From an uncultured delta proteobacterium (GTDB taxonomy: Bacteria; Myxococcota; Myxococcia; Myxococcales; Anaeromyxobacteraceae), in contig CAWJSR010000015.1 in the NCBI GenBank assembly GCA_963845515.1, positions 64,001 to 128,000 on the forward strand: a DNA stretch of 64,000 bases. Direction: 5' to 3'. Shown in pieces: positions 19,902 to 29,924 of the stretch (position 1 is its first letter; every line of letters begins with the position of its first letter). The notes below the pieces were generated by a model. That model saw nothing but the letters and a program-made list of their open reading frames with translations. It was not told the origin of the DNA and did not search any database. Both the position numbers and the translations under genes were made by a program.

Positions 19902-22085
19902 ATGGCGGATCAGCGCAGCGTGATGAAGGAGTACCGCCTCCTCGAACAGAAGCGGCAGGCCGGCCCTCTCACGCCGCAGGACGAGGCGCGGCTTGCACAG
20001 CTGCGCGACCTCGTGGGCCCTGAGCTGGGCGCCGGCGCGTCGAAGCCAGGCTTCGACGTGAACGCCGCCGCCGCGCGACTCCGCGAGTCACTCCTCCCCG
20101 CCGGCCTTCGAAACCGCCCGGCATCGATGGAGGCCCCTCCGCCGCCCGAGCCGCAGCCACCGGAGCCGGACGCTGCGCCAGGGGAGACCGGCCTGGAAGC
20201 CGTATGGAATGCTGCCCCCTTCGCGTCGCTCAGCGAGCCCCCTGCGATGACCGAGGACTCCCTCTTCGATCCGGAGTCCCTGGGGCTGGACACTCCGCTG
20301 GACGCTCCTTCCGCAGACGCCGGCTGGGATCCCAATGCGCAGCCTTACGACGCGAGCGCACAGGGATGGGACCCCAACGCCGCCGTCTACGACCCGAACT
20401 CCCAGCCGTACGACGCGAACGCGCCTTACGACCCCAACGCCCCGTACGACCCGAACGCTCAGCCTTACGATCCGAACGCCCAGCCCTACGACGCGAACGC
20501 GCCTTACGACCCCAACGCCCCCGCCTACGACCCGTACGCTCAGCCTTACGATCCGAACGTCCAGCCCTACGACGCGAACGCGCCTTACGACCCCAACGCC
20601 CCCGTCTACGACCCGAACGCTCAGCCTTACGATCCGAACGCCCAGCCCTACGACGCAAACGCGCCTTACGACCCCAACGCCCCGTACGACCCGAACGCTC
20701 AGCCTTACGATCCGAACGCCCAGCCCTACGACGCGAACGCGCCTTACGACCCCAACGCCCCCGTCTACGACCCGAATGCTCAGCCTTACGGCGCCGATGC
20801 AGGGCAGTGGGATCCGAACGCTTCGCCCCAGTGGGACGCTGCGACCCAGCCGGCGTGGGACGCCAACCTGGCCGCTCCATGGGGCGAAGAGCCGGTAGCA
20901 GACGCGGCCGCCGCGGCGGAATCCCTCGCGCCGGTTCAGCCGGCCGAGCCCACCGAGGAAGGGTGGGACGTCGGCGCCGAAGTCACTCCAGCGGAGCCGG
21001 AGACTGAGGCGGGGCTCGACCAGCCGCCCGATGCGGCGCTCGACGCCGGATGGGTCGAGCCTGAGGAGGCGCTGGTGCCGTCGCAACCGGAGCCGCCGGC
21101 CGAGCCAGCGGCCGAGTCGCCTCCCGAGGAGCTGCTCCCGTTCGACGCCGGCGCGGCTTCCGAGGTCGAGCCCGAAGCAGCCCCCGAGGGCTGGGGCGCG
21201 GAGCCGGAGCCACAGTCGGAGGACATCCCCCTCGACGACGACCTCCTGGAGCCGTCGCACGAGCCCGCGGCGCCTGGCAGCTACGGGGATCTCTCCCCAG
21301 AGGTGCCCACCCAGGTCGACGCGCTGCCGGCCGAGGACGCGCAGCACCTGCTTGCGCCGCTCGGTGCGGGGCAGGAGCTGACCAGCGACGACGACGCGCT
21401 CGCGCAGGGCTTCCAGCTCGAGTCGAACGGGTCGTTCGGCAAGACGTCCGCCGCGGCCGCGCCGACCTGGGATGCGGAGCAGCCGGCGGAGGAGAGCGAG
21501 CCCTGGGAGAGCGCGGCAGCGATGGACGTGGGCACGATGACCCCCGGAGGCTCCGCGGTCCCACCGCCGGAGCTCGCGCCGCCTCCACTCGAGGAGCCGC
21601 TCGACGAGCTCGAAGTCGAGGAGTTCCCGATCGTCGAGGGGTCGGACCTGCTGGAGGAGATCTCTCCCGATCCGCTCGACGGGCTCGCGCCGCCACCGTC
21701 CACCTCGGCGCCCACGCGCGTCGAGGGTGTTCGGCGCGTGGTCGTCCACACCGTCGAGGGGCTCGTGAAGCGGGGCGTCATCACCGACGCGACGCTCGAC
21801 GCGGGCGTGCTCGCGCTCGCTCAGGAGCCCGGCGGCGCGCCCGAGCAGCTCGCGACCGCCAAGGTGAAGGCGATCTTCTTCATGCTGGCGCCGGGGGAGA
21901 CGGCGCCATTGCCCGAGGGGAAGAGGGTCCGCGTGGCCTTCATCGACGGCCGGCAGATCGCCGGCTTCTCCCCCGACTACTCGGACGCAGGCGCTGGCTT
22001 CTTCATGATCCCCGCCGACACGCGGACCAACACCGGCCGGATCTGGGTCTACCGCTCCGCGGTGAAGTCCGTCTCGGTGAGCTAG
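19902..22085 (+). CDS. Acidic low-complexity protein with YDPNAQP repeats and a folded C-terminal domain
   Basis: RBS aagga; C-terminal RVVVHTVEGLVKRG...KAIFF...GFFMIPAD domain. Confidence 0.8.
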   Translation: MADQRSVMKEYRLLEQKRQAGPLTPQDEARLAQLRDLVGPELGAGASKPGFDVNAAAARLRESLLPAGLRNRPASMEAPPPPEPQPPEPDAAPGETGLEAVWNAAPFASLSEPPAMTEDSLFDPESLGLDTPLDAPSADAGWDPNAQPYDASAQGWDPNAAVYDPNSQPYDANAPYDPNAPYDPNAQPYDPNAQPYDANAPYDPNAPAYDPYAQPYDPNVQPYDANAPYDPNAPVYDPNAQPYDPNAQPYDANAPYDPNAPYDPNAQPYDPNAQPYDANAPYDPNAPVYDPNAQPYGADAGQWDPNASPQWDAATQPAWDANLAAPWGEEPVADAAAAAESLAPVQPAEPTEEGWDVGAEVTPAEPETEAGLDQPPDAALDAGWVEPEEALVPSQPEPPAEPAAESPPEELLPFDAGAASEVEPEAAPEGWGAEPEPQSEDIPLDDDLLEPSHEPAAPGSYGDLSPEVPTQVDALPAEDAQHLLAPLGAGQELTSDDDALAQGFQLESNGSFGKTSAAAAPTWDAEQPAEESEPWESAAAMDVGTMTPGGSAVPPPELAPPPLEEPLDELEVEEFPIVEGSDLLEEISPDPLDGLAPPPSTSAPTRVEGVRRVVVHTVEGLVKRGVITDATLDAGVLALAQEPGGAPEQLATAKVKAIFFMLAPGETAPLPEGKRVRVAFIDGRQIAGFSPDYSDAGAGFFMIPADTRTNTGRIWVYRSAVKSVSVS
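20325..20830 (+). repeat. Intragenic tandem repeat encoding (Y/W)D(P/A)NA(Q)P units
   Basis: More than 20 in-frame 18-21 bp units with higher-order duplication. Confidence 0.9.
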
Positions 22086-22205
22086 AGGCGCGCGTCCCGG
22101 CCGATCTCGGGCGGGCTCCTCCCTGCGCTGCTCGGCGTACGAAGAAGTACGCCTGCGCTGCTCCGTCGTTCGCGCGCCCGACCTCGGCTCGGCTTGCGCG
22201 CCTCT
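22084..22205. repeat. Long imperfect palindromic intergenic element
   Basis: agaggcgcgc/gcgcgcctct ends, ccga-ctcgggcg/cgcccga-ctcgg inner arms, central ggcgtac-gaagaa-gtacgcc hairpin. Confidence 0.7.
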
Positions 22206-22223
22206 CGGGGAAAGGGTCGCCCG

Positions 22224-22949
22224 TTAGTTCATCCAGCGCGGCTTGTCGTCGTCGCGCGGCACGGGGCGCAGGTGGCTCGAGCGGCGCTTGAGGCGGGACG
22301 CGTACCAGCCCTGCTTCGCCCGCAGCCAGGTGCGCCGCGGCGTCAGGCCGGCGTTCATCAGGAGCGCGAGGGCGAGCGCGGCGAGGTGGGGGACGTACTC
22401 GCCGACGCCGGCGGGGGCGGAGAGCGCGAAGAGGACCGTCCCGCCGACGATCAGCCACGCGAAGACCTTGCCCGTCATCGGGACGATCCCGAAGAGGTTG
22501 ATCTGCGCCCCCGGGCGCGACAGGGCCCAGAGCACGAGCAGCGCGTTCACCACCGGCCACGCGCCGACGTGGTTCCGGTCGGCGCCGGCGAAGGTCAACG
22601 CCAGGAGCGCGGTCCAGGCGGCGGCCCAGGCGGCGCAGCCGAAGAAGACCTTCAGGAACTTCCGCTCGCTCCACGTGTTGGCGAGATCGCGCCCCAGCCA
22701 GTGGAGCACGAAGCCGGCGAAGAGGAGCGAGAGCGGGTCTCCCTGCGGGAACACCCAGGTCACGAGCCGCCAGATCTGACCGCTGAAGATCAGGGGGCCG
22801 TCGATGCTGAGCAGCTGCCAGAGTCCTGGCGACAGCATCGTCGCCACCGTGACCAGCAGCATCGCCGCGAGGAGTCCGCCCACGCTCGCCGGCACGGTCT
22901 CCCCGAGCGTGACGATCCGGCGGAGGTCGAGCCGTGGCTTACGTGCCAT
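22224..22949 (-). CDS. Rhomboid-like intramembrane protein
   Basis: GQIWRLVTW motif, multiple TM helices, PHLAAL, C-terminal HLRPV...PRWMN. Confidence 0.75.
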   Translation of the reverse strand: MARKPRLDLRRIVTLGETVPASVGGLLAAMLLVTVATMLSPGLWQLLSIDGPLIFSGQIWRLVTWVFPQGDPLSLLFAGFVLHWLGRDLANTWSERKFLKVFFGCAAWAAAWTALLALTFAGADRNHVGAWPVVNALLVLWALSRPGAQINLFGIVPMTGKVFAWLIVGGTVLFALSAPAGVGEYVPHLAALALALLMNAGLTPRRTWLRAKQGWYASRLKRRSSHLRPVPRDDDKPRWMN

Positions 22950-22950
22950 G

Positions 22951-23154
22951 CTAGACGCCGCTCCGATCCCGGTAGAAGAGCGTGATGGAGAGGCAGTGGA
23001 ACTGGCGGTCGGAGCTCTGCCGGACCTGCTTCTCGACGATCTCAAGCTCCGGGTGAGCCGTGATCCAGCGGGTGATGGTCTCCCCGAGCACCTCGCGATC
23101 CCGCGCGAGGGTCGTGGTGAACACCTTCACGCCGGTTGCCTGTTCGGTCCCCAT
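22951..23154 (-). CDS. Small hypothetical protein
   Basis: GVKVFTTT...LGETITRWI...QSSDRQFHCLSITLFY; RBS gagggg. Confidence 0.75.
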   Translation of the reverse strand: MGTEQATGVKVFTTTLARDREVLGETITRWITAHPELEIVEKQVRQSSDRQFHCLSITLFYRDRSGV

Positions 23155-23221
23155 TCACATCCCTCCGTACACGGGACCGTAACCCCGGCCTGCTGCCACG
23201 GCAAGCAGGTGCCGCAACCCG

Positions 23222-23875
23222 CTACTCGAGCACCCCGAGGCCGCGCAGCAGCTGCCTCAGCGACGTCACGAGCAGCAGCAGCGCGAGCGCGGCGTTGAGC
23301 AGGCTCATGAGGGCGGGCCTGCGCAGCTCGGCCGCGCCGATCCCCGCGTAGAAGCGCCGGGCGAGCGCGATGCGCGCGTCGAGGTCGCCGATGGGCGGTG
23401 GCGCGCCGTGCGCGGCCGCCAGCGGCTCCACCGCCTTCCGGTGCGCGGCGAGCGCGCCCTCGAGCGCGGCCCCGGCGATCCCGCCGACGCGGCCGCTCCT
23501 GGTCTCGACCACCGCGCGACGGAAGTTGGACGTCCCGACGACGAAGCCGTCGGCGAAGGCCGTGAGGAAGCTGACCACGGCCTCCCTGCCGCCCACCGGG
23601 TAGGCGTCGGCGCAGGTGCCGTCGGGGTGCGACCAGGCGTCGACCTTCATGTCGAGGCCGCCGAGCGGGCCGCGCTCGCGACGGAGCCCGAGGCGGCGGA
23701 AGCCGAGCCGCTCCAGGAGCTCGCCCGCCGCCAGCTGCCCGCTCGCCCGCGAGGGTGCCTCGGGGTCGCCCGAGATCCGGACCGAGCGCGGGGCGAGGAA
23801 GAGGACCGCCCGCGGGCCGTGGCGGACGAGCATGACCAGCGTGAAGATCGCTACCAGTGCGTTGAGTAGGAGCAT
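23222..23875 (-). CDS. Hypothetical membrane-anchored protein
   Basis: N- and C-terminal hydrophobic helices. Confidence 0.6.
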   Translation of the reverse strand: MLLLNALVAIFTLVMLVRHGPRAVLFLAPRSVRISGDPEAPSRASGQLAAGELLERLGFRRLGLRRERGPLGGLDMKVDAWSHPDGTCADAYPVGGREAVVSFLTAFADGFVVGTSNFRRAVVETRSGRVGGIAGAALEGALAAHRKAVEPLAAAHGAPPPIGDLDARIALARRFYAGIGAAELRRPALMSLLNAALALLLLVTSLRQLLRGLGVLE

Positions 23876-23929
23876 CTGGGATTCCGTGGCGTTGCCGCGC
23901 GAGCGTCGGCGCCCGCGAGGACGGTGCTG

Positions 23930-24721
23930 CTAGGCCTTGGCGAGGGCGTCGGCGCCGCCCGGCTTCTTGCCGAGGATCCGCGCGGCGATCACGCCGATCT
24001 CGTAGAAGACGATCATCGGCACGGCCATCATGGCGAGGTTCAGCGGGTCGCCGGTCGGGGTGATGATGGCCGCCACCAGGACGTTGACGATGATCGCCAG
24101 CCGGCGGTGCCTGGCGAGCGTGTCGGCCGAGACGAGCCCGATCATCGAGAGGAAGGCGATGACGACCGGCAGCTCGAAGACGATGCCGAAGCCGAGGAGC
24201 ATCGCGAGCACCAGGGACAGGGTCTCGCTCATCGTGAGCATCGGCCGGAGGGACGCGTCGTTGGCGATCGCGGCCATGGCCGGGAAGGCCGCCGGCATCA
24301 CGAGGAAGTAGCAGAACGCCGCGCCGGCGTAGAAGAGGACCGTCCCGAAGGCCAGGAACGGGATCACCACCTTCTTCTCCCGCTTGTAGAGCCCGGGCGC
24401 GATGAAGAGCCAGAGCTGGAGGAGCACCCACGGGACGGCCAGGAAGATGCCGCCGTAGAGCGCCACCTTCAGGTAGACCATCAGCGGCTCGACGTAGCTC
24501 GTGTACTGGAGCGTCTGCTGCTCCTTCGGCAGGGACGCCAGCACCGGGTCCATCAGCAGGTGGAAGATGCGCTCGACGAAGAGCCCGAGCGCGAGCATGC
24601 CGAGCGCCACCCCGTAGAGCGCGTGCGACAGCCGCTTCCTCAGCTCACGCAGGTGGTCCATGAAGGTGAGCTGGACCTCGCCCTCCGGCGCGGCAGGGGG
24701 CGGCGACGTGACGGGGCTCAA
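23930..24721 (-). CDS. tatC: Twin-arginine translocase subunit TatC
   Basis: DHLRELRKRL, QLWLFIAPGLY, FELPVV, ITPTGDP. Confidence 0.96.
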   Translation of the reverse strand: MSPVTSPPPAAPEGEVQLTFMDHLRELRKRLSHALYGVALGMLALGLFVERIFHLLMDPVLASLPKEQQTLQYTSYVEPLMVYLKVALYGGIFLAVPWVLLQLWLFIAPGLYKREKKVVIPFLAFGTVLFYAGAAFCYFLVMPAAFPAMAAIANDASLRPMLTMSETLSLVLAMLLGFGIVFELPVVIAFLSMIGLVSADTLARHRRLAIIVNVLVAAIITPTGDPLNLAMMAVPMIVFYEIGVIAARILGKKPGGADALAKA

Positions 24722-25092
24722 GGCTTCGCGCTCCCGGGGACCGGGGGCTCCTCCGCGGCAGGGGGGGGCGGCTCGACGAGCGCGGCCTCCAGCCCCGGGA
24801 CGTTCTCGGCGGCGGCGGCCGGCGGAGGACCCCGCTGCGGCAGCGGCGCGGCCGGCTTGTCGAGCGAGGCCTCGGCGATCGCACCCGACAGCGCGCCGGT
24901 GACGGTGCGCTTCACCTCGTCGACGACGGTCAGCTCGTTGCCCAGCTGGTCCTTGAGGTCGTCGGTCGCCTTGCGGAGCTCCCTGAGCCCCTTGGCGAGC
25001 GTCTTGGCGGCGTCTGGCAGCCGGTCCGGCCCCAGCAGCAGCAGGGCCAGGATCGCGATGATGGCTAGCTCGCCGAAGGAGAGGCCGAACAC
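24718..25092 (-). CDS. tatB: Twin-arginine translocase TatB/TatA-family subunit
   Basis: MFGLSFGELAII...LGPDRLP, immediately upstream of tatC. Confidence 0.85.
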   Translation of the reverse strand: MFGLSFGELAIIAILALLLLGPDRLPDAAKTLAKGLRELRKATDDLKDQLGNELTVVDEVKRTVTGALSGAIAEASLDKPAAPLPQRGPPPAAAAENVPGLEAALVEPPPPAAEEPPVPGSAKP

Positions 25093-25127
25093 GCGAACAC
25101 CTCTATCACGCGCCCGGGGGCGTTACC

Positions 25128-27221
25128 TCACCCCTGGACCTTGAAGCGCTTCACCTCGCCGCCCAGGGTGTCGGCCTTGGTGGCCAGGTCGGTGATGGCG
25201 GCCTCCAGGTCCCGGATCGAGCGGGACTGCGCCTCCGCGACCTGCTTGATCTGCACGACGGCCCCCATCACCTGCTCGGACCCCCGCGTCTGCTCCTTCT
25301 GGGCGCGGTTGAGGTGGTGGACCATCTCCGAGATCGACTCGATGGCGCGGGTGATCTGCTTGGAGCCGCGCGCCTGCTCCTGCGACGAGCGCTCGACGTG
25401 CTTGGTGATCGACTTCATCTTCTCCGAGCTCTTCATGATCTGCTCGGAGCCGCGGGCCTGCTCCGCCGTCGCCGACGCGATCTGCTGGACCGCCTCGGCG
25501 ATCCGGTTGATGGCCATCGTCACCTGCTTGGAGCCGCGCGCCTGCTCGATCGTCGCCCTGGCGATCGCCTTCACCATCTGCGTCGACTTCTGCGACGACT
25601 CCTGGATCTTCATCAGGGCCGACTCGGCCTCCTGGCCCAGCCGGACCCCCTCCTCGACGCTGCGGACGCCGCGGTCCATCGCCTGGATGGCGTTGCGCGA
25701 CTGGTCCTGCACGGCCCGCACGAGGTCGGAGATCTCCTTGGTCGAGGCGCCGGTGCGCTCGGCGAGGTCCTTGATCTCGTCGGCGACGACCGCGAAGCCC
25801 TTGCCGTGCTCGCCGGACTGCGCCGCGAGGATGGCGGCGTTGAGGGCGAGGAGGTTCGTCTGCTCCGCCACGTCGTCGATCACGTTCAGGATGTTCCCGA
25901 TGGCCGAGATCTTCTTGCCGAGCGCCTCGATGACGTTGGCCGCCTCGCGCGAGGACTCCTTGATCTTGTCGATGCCGACCAGCGTGCGGGAGATGGACTC
26001 GGCCCCGACCTCGGCGTCGCGCTGTGCCTGCTCGGACAGGCGCGCCGTCTCGTTGGCGTTGGTCTCGACCTGGCCGATGGAGACGTCCATCTCGTTCATC
26101 GAGGAGCTGGTCTCCTCGGTCGTCGCGGAGAGGTCCTCGATGTTCTTGGCCACCTCCTTGATCGAGTAGGTCATCTCCTCGATCGCCGCGGTGGTCTCCT
26201 CGACGCTCGCCGAGAGTCCCTGGATGTTCTCGGCGACCTCGTCGTTCGTGGCGGCCATCTCGAGGATCGAGGAGGAGGACTCCTCCGCGCTCTGCGCGAG
26301 CACCTCCACGTTGTCGGCGATCCCCTTGAGGCTGGCGATCATCTCGCCCATCGAGGCGGAGGTCTCGGTGACGCTCGCCATCACGGTCTGCGTGCCCTGC
26401 GTCACCGCCGCGCTGGTCCGGGAGACCCCGTCGATGACGGTGCGGACGCCGCCGGTCACGATCTGGACGCGCGAGAGCGTGACGGTCAGGTTCTCGCCGA
26501 TCCTGTTGAGCGAGTCGGCCATCATCCCCAGCTCGTCGTCTCCATGCTTGCGCGCCCGCGCCGTCAGGTCGCAGTCGGAGACGCGCTGGGCGACCGCGGT
26601 CATCTCCTGGAGCGGCTTGAGGACGACGTGCGACGCGAGCAGGTAGACGACGATCGCGAGCGCCGTGGCCCCGACCAGCATGAGGAGGCCGATGATGATC
26701 CGGAACTGTCGCATGTCGTCCCGGAGGTCGTTCCCCGAGACGCCCATCAGGACCCAGCCGGCGCTCCTCTCCCGCAGGGTCCCGTCCGGCTGCGGGATCT
26801 TGACCATGATCTCGCGGCTGAAGCAGAAGTCGCCGTCGTGCTCGAAGGAAGGGGCGAAGCTCTGCCCCGAGTGGACGGACAGCGCCGCCTCGGGCGTGCC
26901 CGCCCACCCGCGCCCGAGCCGCCGCGCCGCGATCGAGAGGTCGGGGCGGAGGACGAGCACGTAGGTGTCGTGCTCCTCGTTGAACATCTCGTCGAGCTCG
27001 GCGACGAGGTGCGCCTCGCTCCCTCCCAGCGCGAAGGTGCTCAGGCGGGAGGCCATCACGCGCGCGTCGCTCTCGCCGGCGTGCACGATCGCCTCGGTGA
27101 GTGCGCGCCGGACGACGACGTCGAGGGAGAGGCCGGTCAGGGTCCCGCCCAGGAGCAGCAGGACGGCGATTCCAAGCACCAGGGCCCGCTTGATTCCCAG
27201 CTTCTCGATCCAACTGAGCAT
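25128..27221 (-). CDS. Methyl-accepting chemotaxis protein
   Basis: Two TM helices, HAMP, hairpin [36 protein letters not shown]. Confidence 0.95.
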   Translation of the reverse strand: MLSWIEKLGIKRALVLGIAVLLLLGGTLTGLSLDVVVRRALTEAIVHAGESDARVMASRLSTFALGGSEAHLVAELDEMFNEEHDTYVLVLRPDLSIAARRLGRGWAGTPEAALSVHSGQSFAPSFEHDGDFCFSREIMVKIPQPDGTLRERSAGWVLMGVSGNDLRDDMRQFRIIIGLLMLVGATALAIVVYLLASHVVLKPLQEMTAVAQRVSDCDLTARARKHGDDELGMMADSLNRIGENLTVTLSRVQIVTGGVRTVIDGVSRTSAAVTQGTQTVMASVTETSASMGEMIASLKGIADNVEVLAQSAEESSSSILEMAATNDEVAENIQGLSASVEETTAAIEEMTYSIKEVAKNIEDLSATTEETSSSMNEMDVSIGQVETNANETARLSEQAQRDAEVGAESISRTLVGIDKIKESSREAANVIEALGKKISAIGNILNVIDDVAEQTNLLALNAAILAAQSGEHGKGFAVVADEIKDLAERTGASTKEISDLVRAVQDQSRNAIQAMDRGVRSVEEGVRLGQEAESALMKIQESSQKSTQMVKAIARATIEQARGSKQVTMAINRIAEAVQQIASATAEQARGSEQIMKSSEKMKSITKHVERSSQEQARGSKQITRAIESISEMVHHLNRAQKEQTRGSEQVMGAVVQIKQVAEAQSRSIRDLEAAITDLATKADTLGGEVKRFKVQG

Positions 27222-27344
27222 CGCGTTCCGCCGGCTCGGGGGATGGGCGGCGGGTGAAACGGCCGCAGTTCCAAGCGTTTTCGGATGCTACCGGGGGCCC
27301 CGTAGGGGGTCAAGGAAGCGGCGACCGCGGAGGGGCTACAGCCG

Positions 27345-29912
27345 TCACTCCATGATGAGCTGCTGCGCGTCGACCTTCGGCCGGGTCGCGTCGTCCAGCT
27401 TCGGCGCGCTCCCCTCCTTGAACGGCTCCACGACGCCGCCGCTCTCGACCGGCTTCCCCGTGTCGGGGTCGATCCTCACCATCACCATCCCCGGCGGCGG
27501 CGTGAACTCCGGCTGCGGGCGGTGCCCAAGCGCGGCGGTCATGTAGTCGAGCCAGATGGGGAGGGACGCGTGGCCGCCCGTCTCGCCGCGCGCGAGCGGC
27601 GTCTCGTTGATGTCGTAGCCGAGCCAGACGCCGGTGGCGAGATCGTGGGTGAAGCCCATGAACCAGGTGTCGAACGAGTCGTTGGTCGTCCCCGTCTTGC
27701 CGGCCGCCGGCTTCCCCAGCTTCGCGGCGCGGGCGCCGGTCCCGACGGTCGCCACCTCGCGCATGAGGTGGACGAGCGTGTAGGCGGTGCGGGGATCCAT
27801 CGCCTGCTCGCGCTGGCGGGAGGCCTCCGCCAGCCCCGCCGCCATGCGCGCAGAGAGCGGCACCCACGGATCCCGCCAGTCGGCGTGGTCCTCCAGCACC
27901 CGGCCGTCGCGGTCCAGCACCCGCTTCACGAAGGCGCTGCCGCGCCGGTCGCCGTACCGCGCGAAGAGCGCGTAGACGTTGGTCAGCTCCCAGAGGTTGA
28001 CGCACGAGGAGCCGAGCGCGCTGCCGAGCTCACGCTTCACCGGCGTCGTGATGCCGAGCTGCTTCGCCCAGTCGGCGAGCGCGGTCGGGCCCTCCTGCAC
28101 GATGAGCGCCTCCGCCGTCTTGACGGCCGGGATGTTCATCGAGTTGATGACCGCGGTGCGGACGGTGACGTCCCCCTTGAACTCCTCGCCGAAGTTCTGC
28201 GGCTTCCAGGAGTTCTCGTCGTCGCGGAAGACGATCGGGGCGTCGGTGAGGATGGTCGCGGGCGTGAAGTCGAGCTTCTCGACCGCGGCGGCGTAGACGA
28301 TCGGCTTGAAGGCCGAGCCGGGCTGGCGGCAGGCCTGGAAGGCGCGGTTGAACTCGCTGGCCTCGAAGTCGTAGCCGCCGACCATCGCCGCGACGTAGCC
28401 CGTCCACGGATCGACCGAGACGAGCGCGCCCTGCAGCTTCGGCTCCTGCTCGAGGGCGAAGAGCACCTCGGCCTCCGGGACCTCGTTCGCCCTCCCCACG
28501 GCCAGGCGGCGCTCGGCGGCCATCAGCTCCTTGCGCGAGACGCGCCGCACCAGGACCACGTCTCCGCTCCGGAGCACCCCGGAGACGCGCGGGAGGAGCG
28601 CGTCCGCGTGGGAGACCTCCGGGTTGGGCCGGCGCGCCCAGCGCATGCCGGCGATCGGGATGATCCCATCGTTGGCGCCGACCGAGACGCGGACGACGTT
28701 CTGCGTCGCGTCGACGCCGGTGACGATCCCGACCGCGTGATCCCCGACGGCCAGCGCCCCAGCCGGCCAGCCGCGCGCGAGCCGCTCCTCCAGCGCCTGG
28801 CGGTCCACCCCCTGCACGCGCTGGAGCGCGCCGCCGTAGCCCTGGCGGCGATCCACCTCGAGCAGCCCCTCGAGCATCGCCCCCTGCGCGGCCCGCTGCT
28901 TCTCCAGGTCCATCGCCATCTCGACCCGCAGCCCGTCCTTCAGGAGCCGCTCGTTCCCGTAGCGGTCGACGATCTGCCGCCGGACCTGCTCGACGTAGAA
29001 GGGGGCGGTCTCGCGGAAGACGTCGTCGACGCCGTGGACCTTGACCTCGGCGGCGGACGCGCGCTCCCGCTCCTCGGCCGAGATCATCCCCTCCTCGAAC
29101 ATCCGGCGCAGGACGTACCGGCGGCGCTCCTTGGCCGTCGCCGGGTGGGCGAAGGGGGAGTACTTGGACGGCGCCTGCGGGAGGCCGGCCAGGAGCGCCG
29201 CCTCCTCGAGCGTCAGCTCGTCCACGTTCTTGCGGTAGTAGTTCTCGGCGGCGGCCTGGACGCCGTAGCTGTGGTGCCCGAGATAGACGCCGTTGAGGTA
29301 CAGCCAGAGGATCTGCTCCTTCGTGAAGGCCCCCTCCAGCCGGAACGCGAGGATCAGCTCACGGACCTTCCGCCGGAGGCTCTTCCGCGTCCCCTCCTGG
29401 AACCCCTCGGCCGAGATCAGGATCGACTTCGCCGTCTGCTGCGTGAGGCTCGACCCGCCCTGGACCTTGCGCCGGAGCACGTAGGTGTTGATCGCGGCGC
29501 GGAGCGTCCCGCGCCAGTCGACGCCGGAGTGATCGAAGAAGCGCTGGTCCTCCGAGGCGATGAAGGCCTGGATCAGCTGCTTCGGGATCCGCTCGTACGG
29601 AACGACCTTGCGCCGCTCGACGAAGAACTCCCCGGCGACCTGCCCGTCGGCGCTCACCATCTCGGTGATGATCGGCGGACGGTACTGGGCGACCGACGGG
29701 ATCACCGGGAGGCCGCGGGAGAACCAGGCCCAGGCGACCGCGACCACGACGGCGCCGACCGCGCACGCGACCGCGCCGGCCGCGGCCGCCCAGCGGACGA
29801 GCCGGCGCCGCCAGAAGGGCGTCTCGCCCATGATCAGCGTCGTCGCCGGCGCGACCCGTGTCGGGTCGGACGGGGACATCGGCCGCGTCGTCTCTTCGTC
29901 GTGCTCGCTCAC
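27345..29912 (-). CDS. mrcA: Penicillin-binding protein 1A
   Basis: EDQRFFDH, GGSSLTQQ, RQPGSAFKP (SxxK), SMN, KTGT. Confidence 0.93.
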   Translation of the reverse strand: MSEHDEETTRPMSPSDPTRVAPATTLIMGETPFWRRRLVRWAAAAGAVACAVGAVVVAVAWAWFSRGLPVIPSVAQYRPPIITEMVSADGQVAGEFFVERRKVVPYERIPKQLIQAFIASEDQRFFDHSGVDWRGTLRAAINTYVLRRKVQGGSSLTQQTAKSILISAEGFQEGTRKSLRRKVRELILAFRLEGAFTKEQILWLYLNGVYLGHHSYGVQAAAENYYRKNVDELTLEEAALLAGLPQAPSKYSPFAHPATAKERRRYVLRRMFEEGMISAEERERASAAEVKVHGVDDVFRETAPFYVEQVRRQIVDRYGNERLLKDGLRVEMAMDLEKQRAAQGAMLEGLLEVDRRQGYGGALQRVQGVDRQALEERLARGWPAGALAVGDHAVGIVTGVDATQNVVRVSVGANDGIIPIAGMRWARRPNPEVSHADALLPRVSGVLRSGDVVLVRRVSRKELMAAERRLAVGRANEVPEAEVLFALEQEPKLQGALVSVDPWTGYVAAMVGGYDFEASEFNRAFQACRQPGSAFKPIVYAAAVEKLDFTPATILTDAPIVFRDDENSWKPQNFGEEFKGDVTVRTAVINSMNIPAVKTAEALIVQEGPTALADWAKQLGITTPVKRELGSALGSSCVNLWELTNVYALFARYGDRRGSAFVKRVLDRDGRVLEDHADWRDPWVPLSARMAAGLAEASRQREQAMDPRTAYTLVHLMREVATVGTGARAAKLGKPAAGKTGTTNDSFDTWFMGFTHDLATGVWLGYDINETPLARGETGGHASLPIWLDYMTAALGHRPQPEFTPPPGMVMVRIDPDTGKPVESGGVVEPFKEGSAPKLDDATRPKVDAQQLIME

Positions 29913-29924
29913 GGGGTGGCGAAT

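Noticed and set aside
20325..20830. CRISPR or non-coding tandem array
   Set aside because: Units are multiples of 3, in frame within a CDS, and have no unique spacers
23195..23220. Sigma54 promoter CGGCACCTGCTTGC on the minus strand
   Set aside because: GG-GC spacing is 9 nt instead of the required 10
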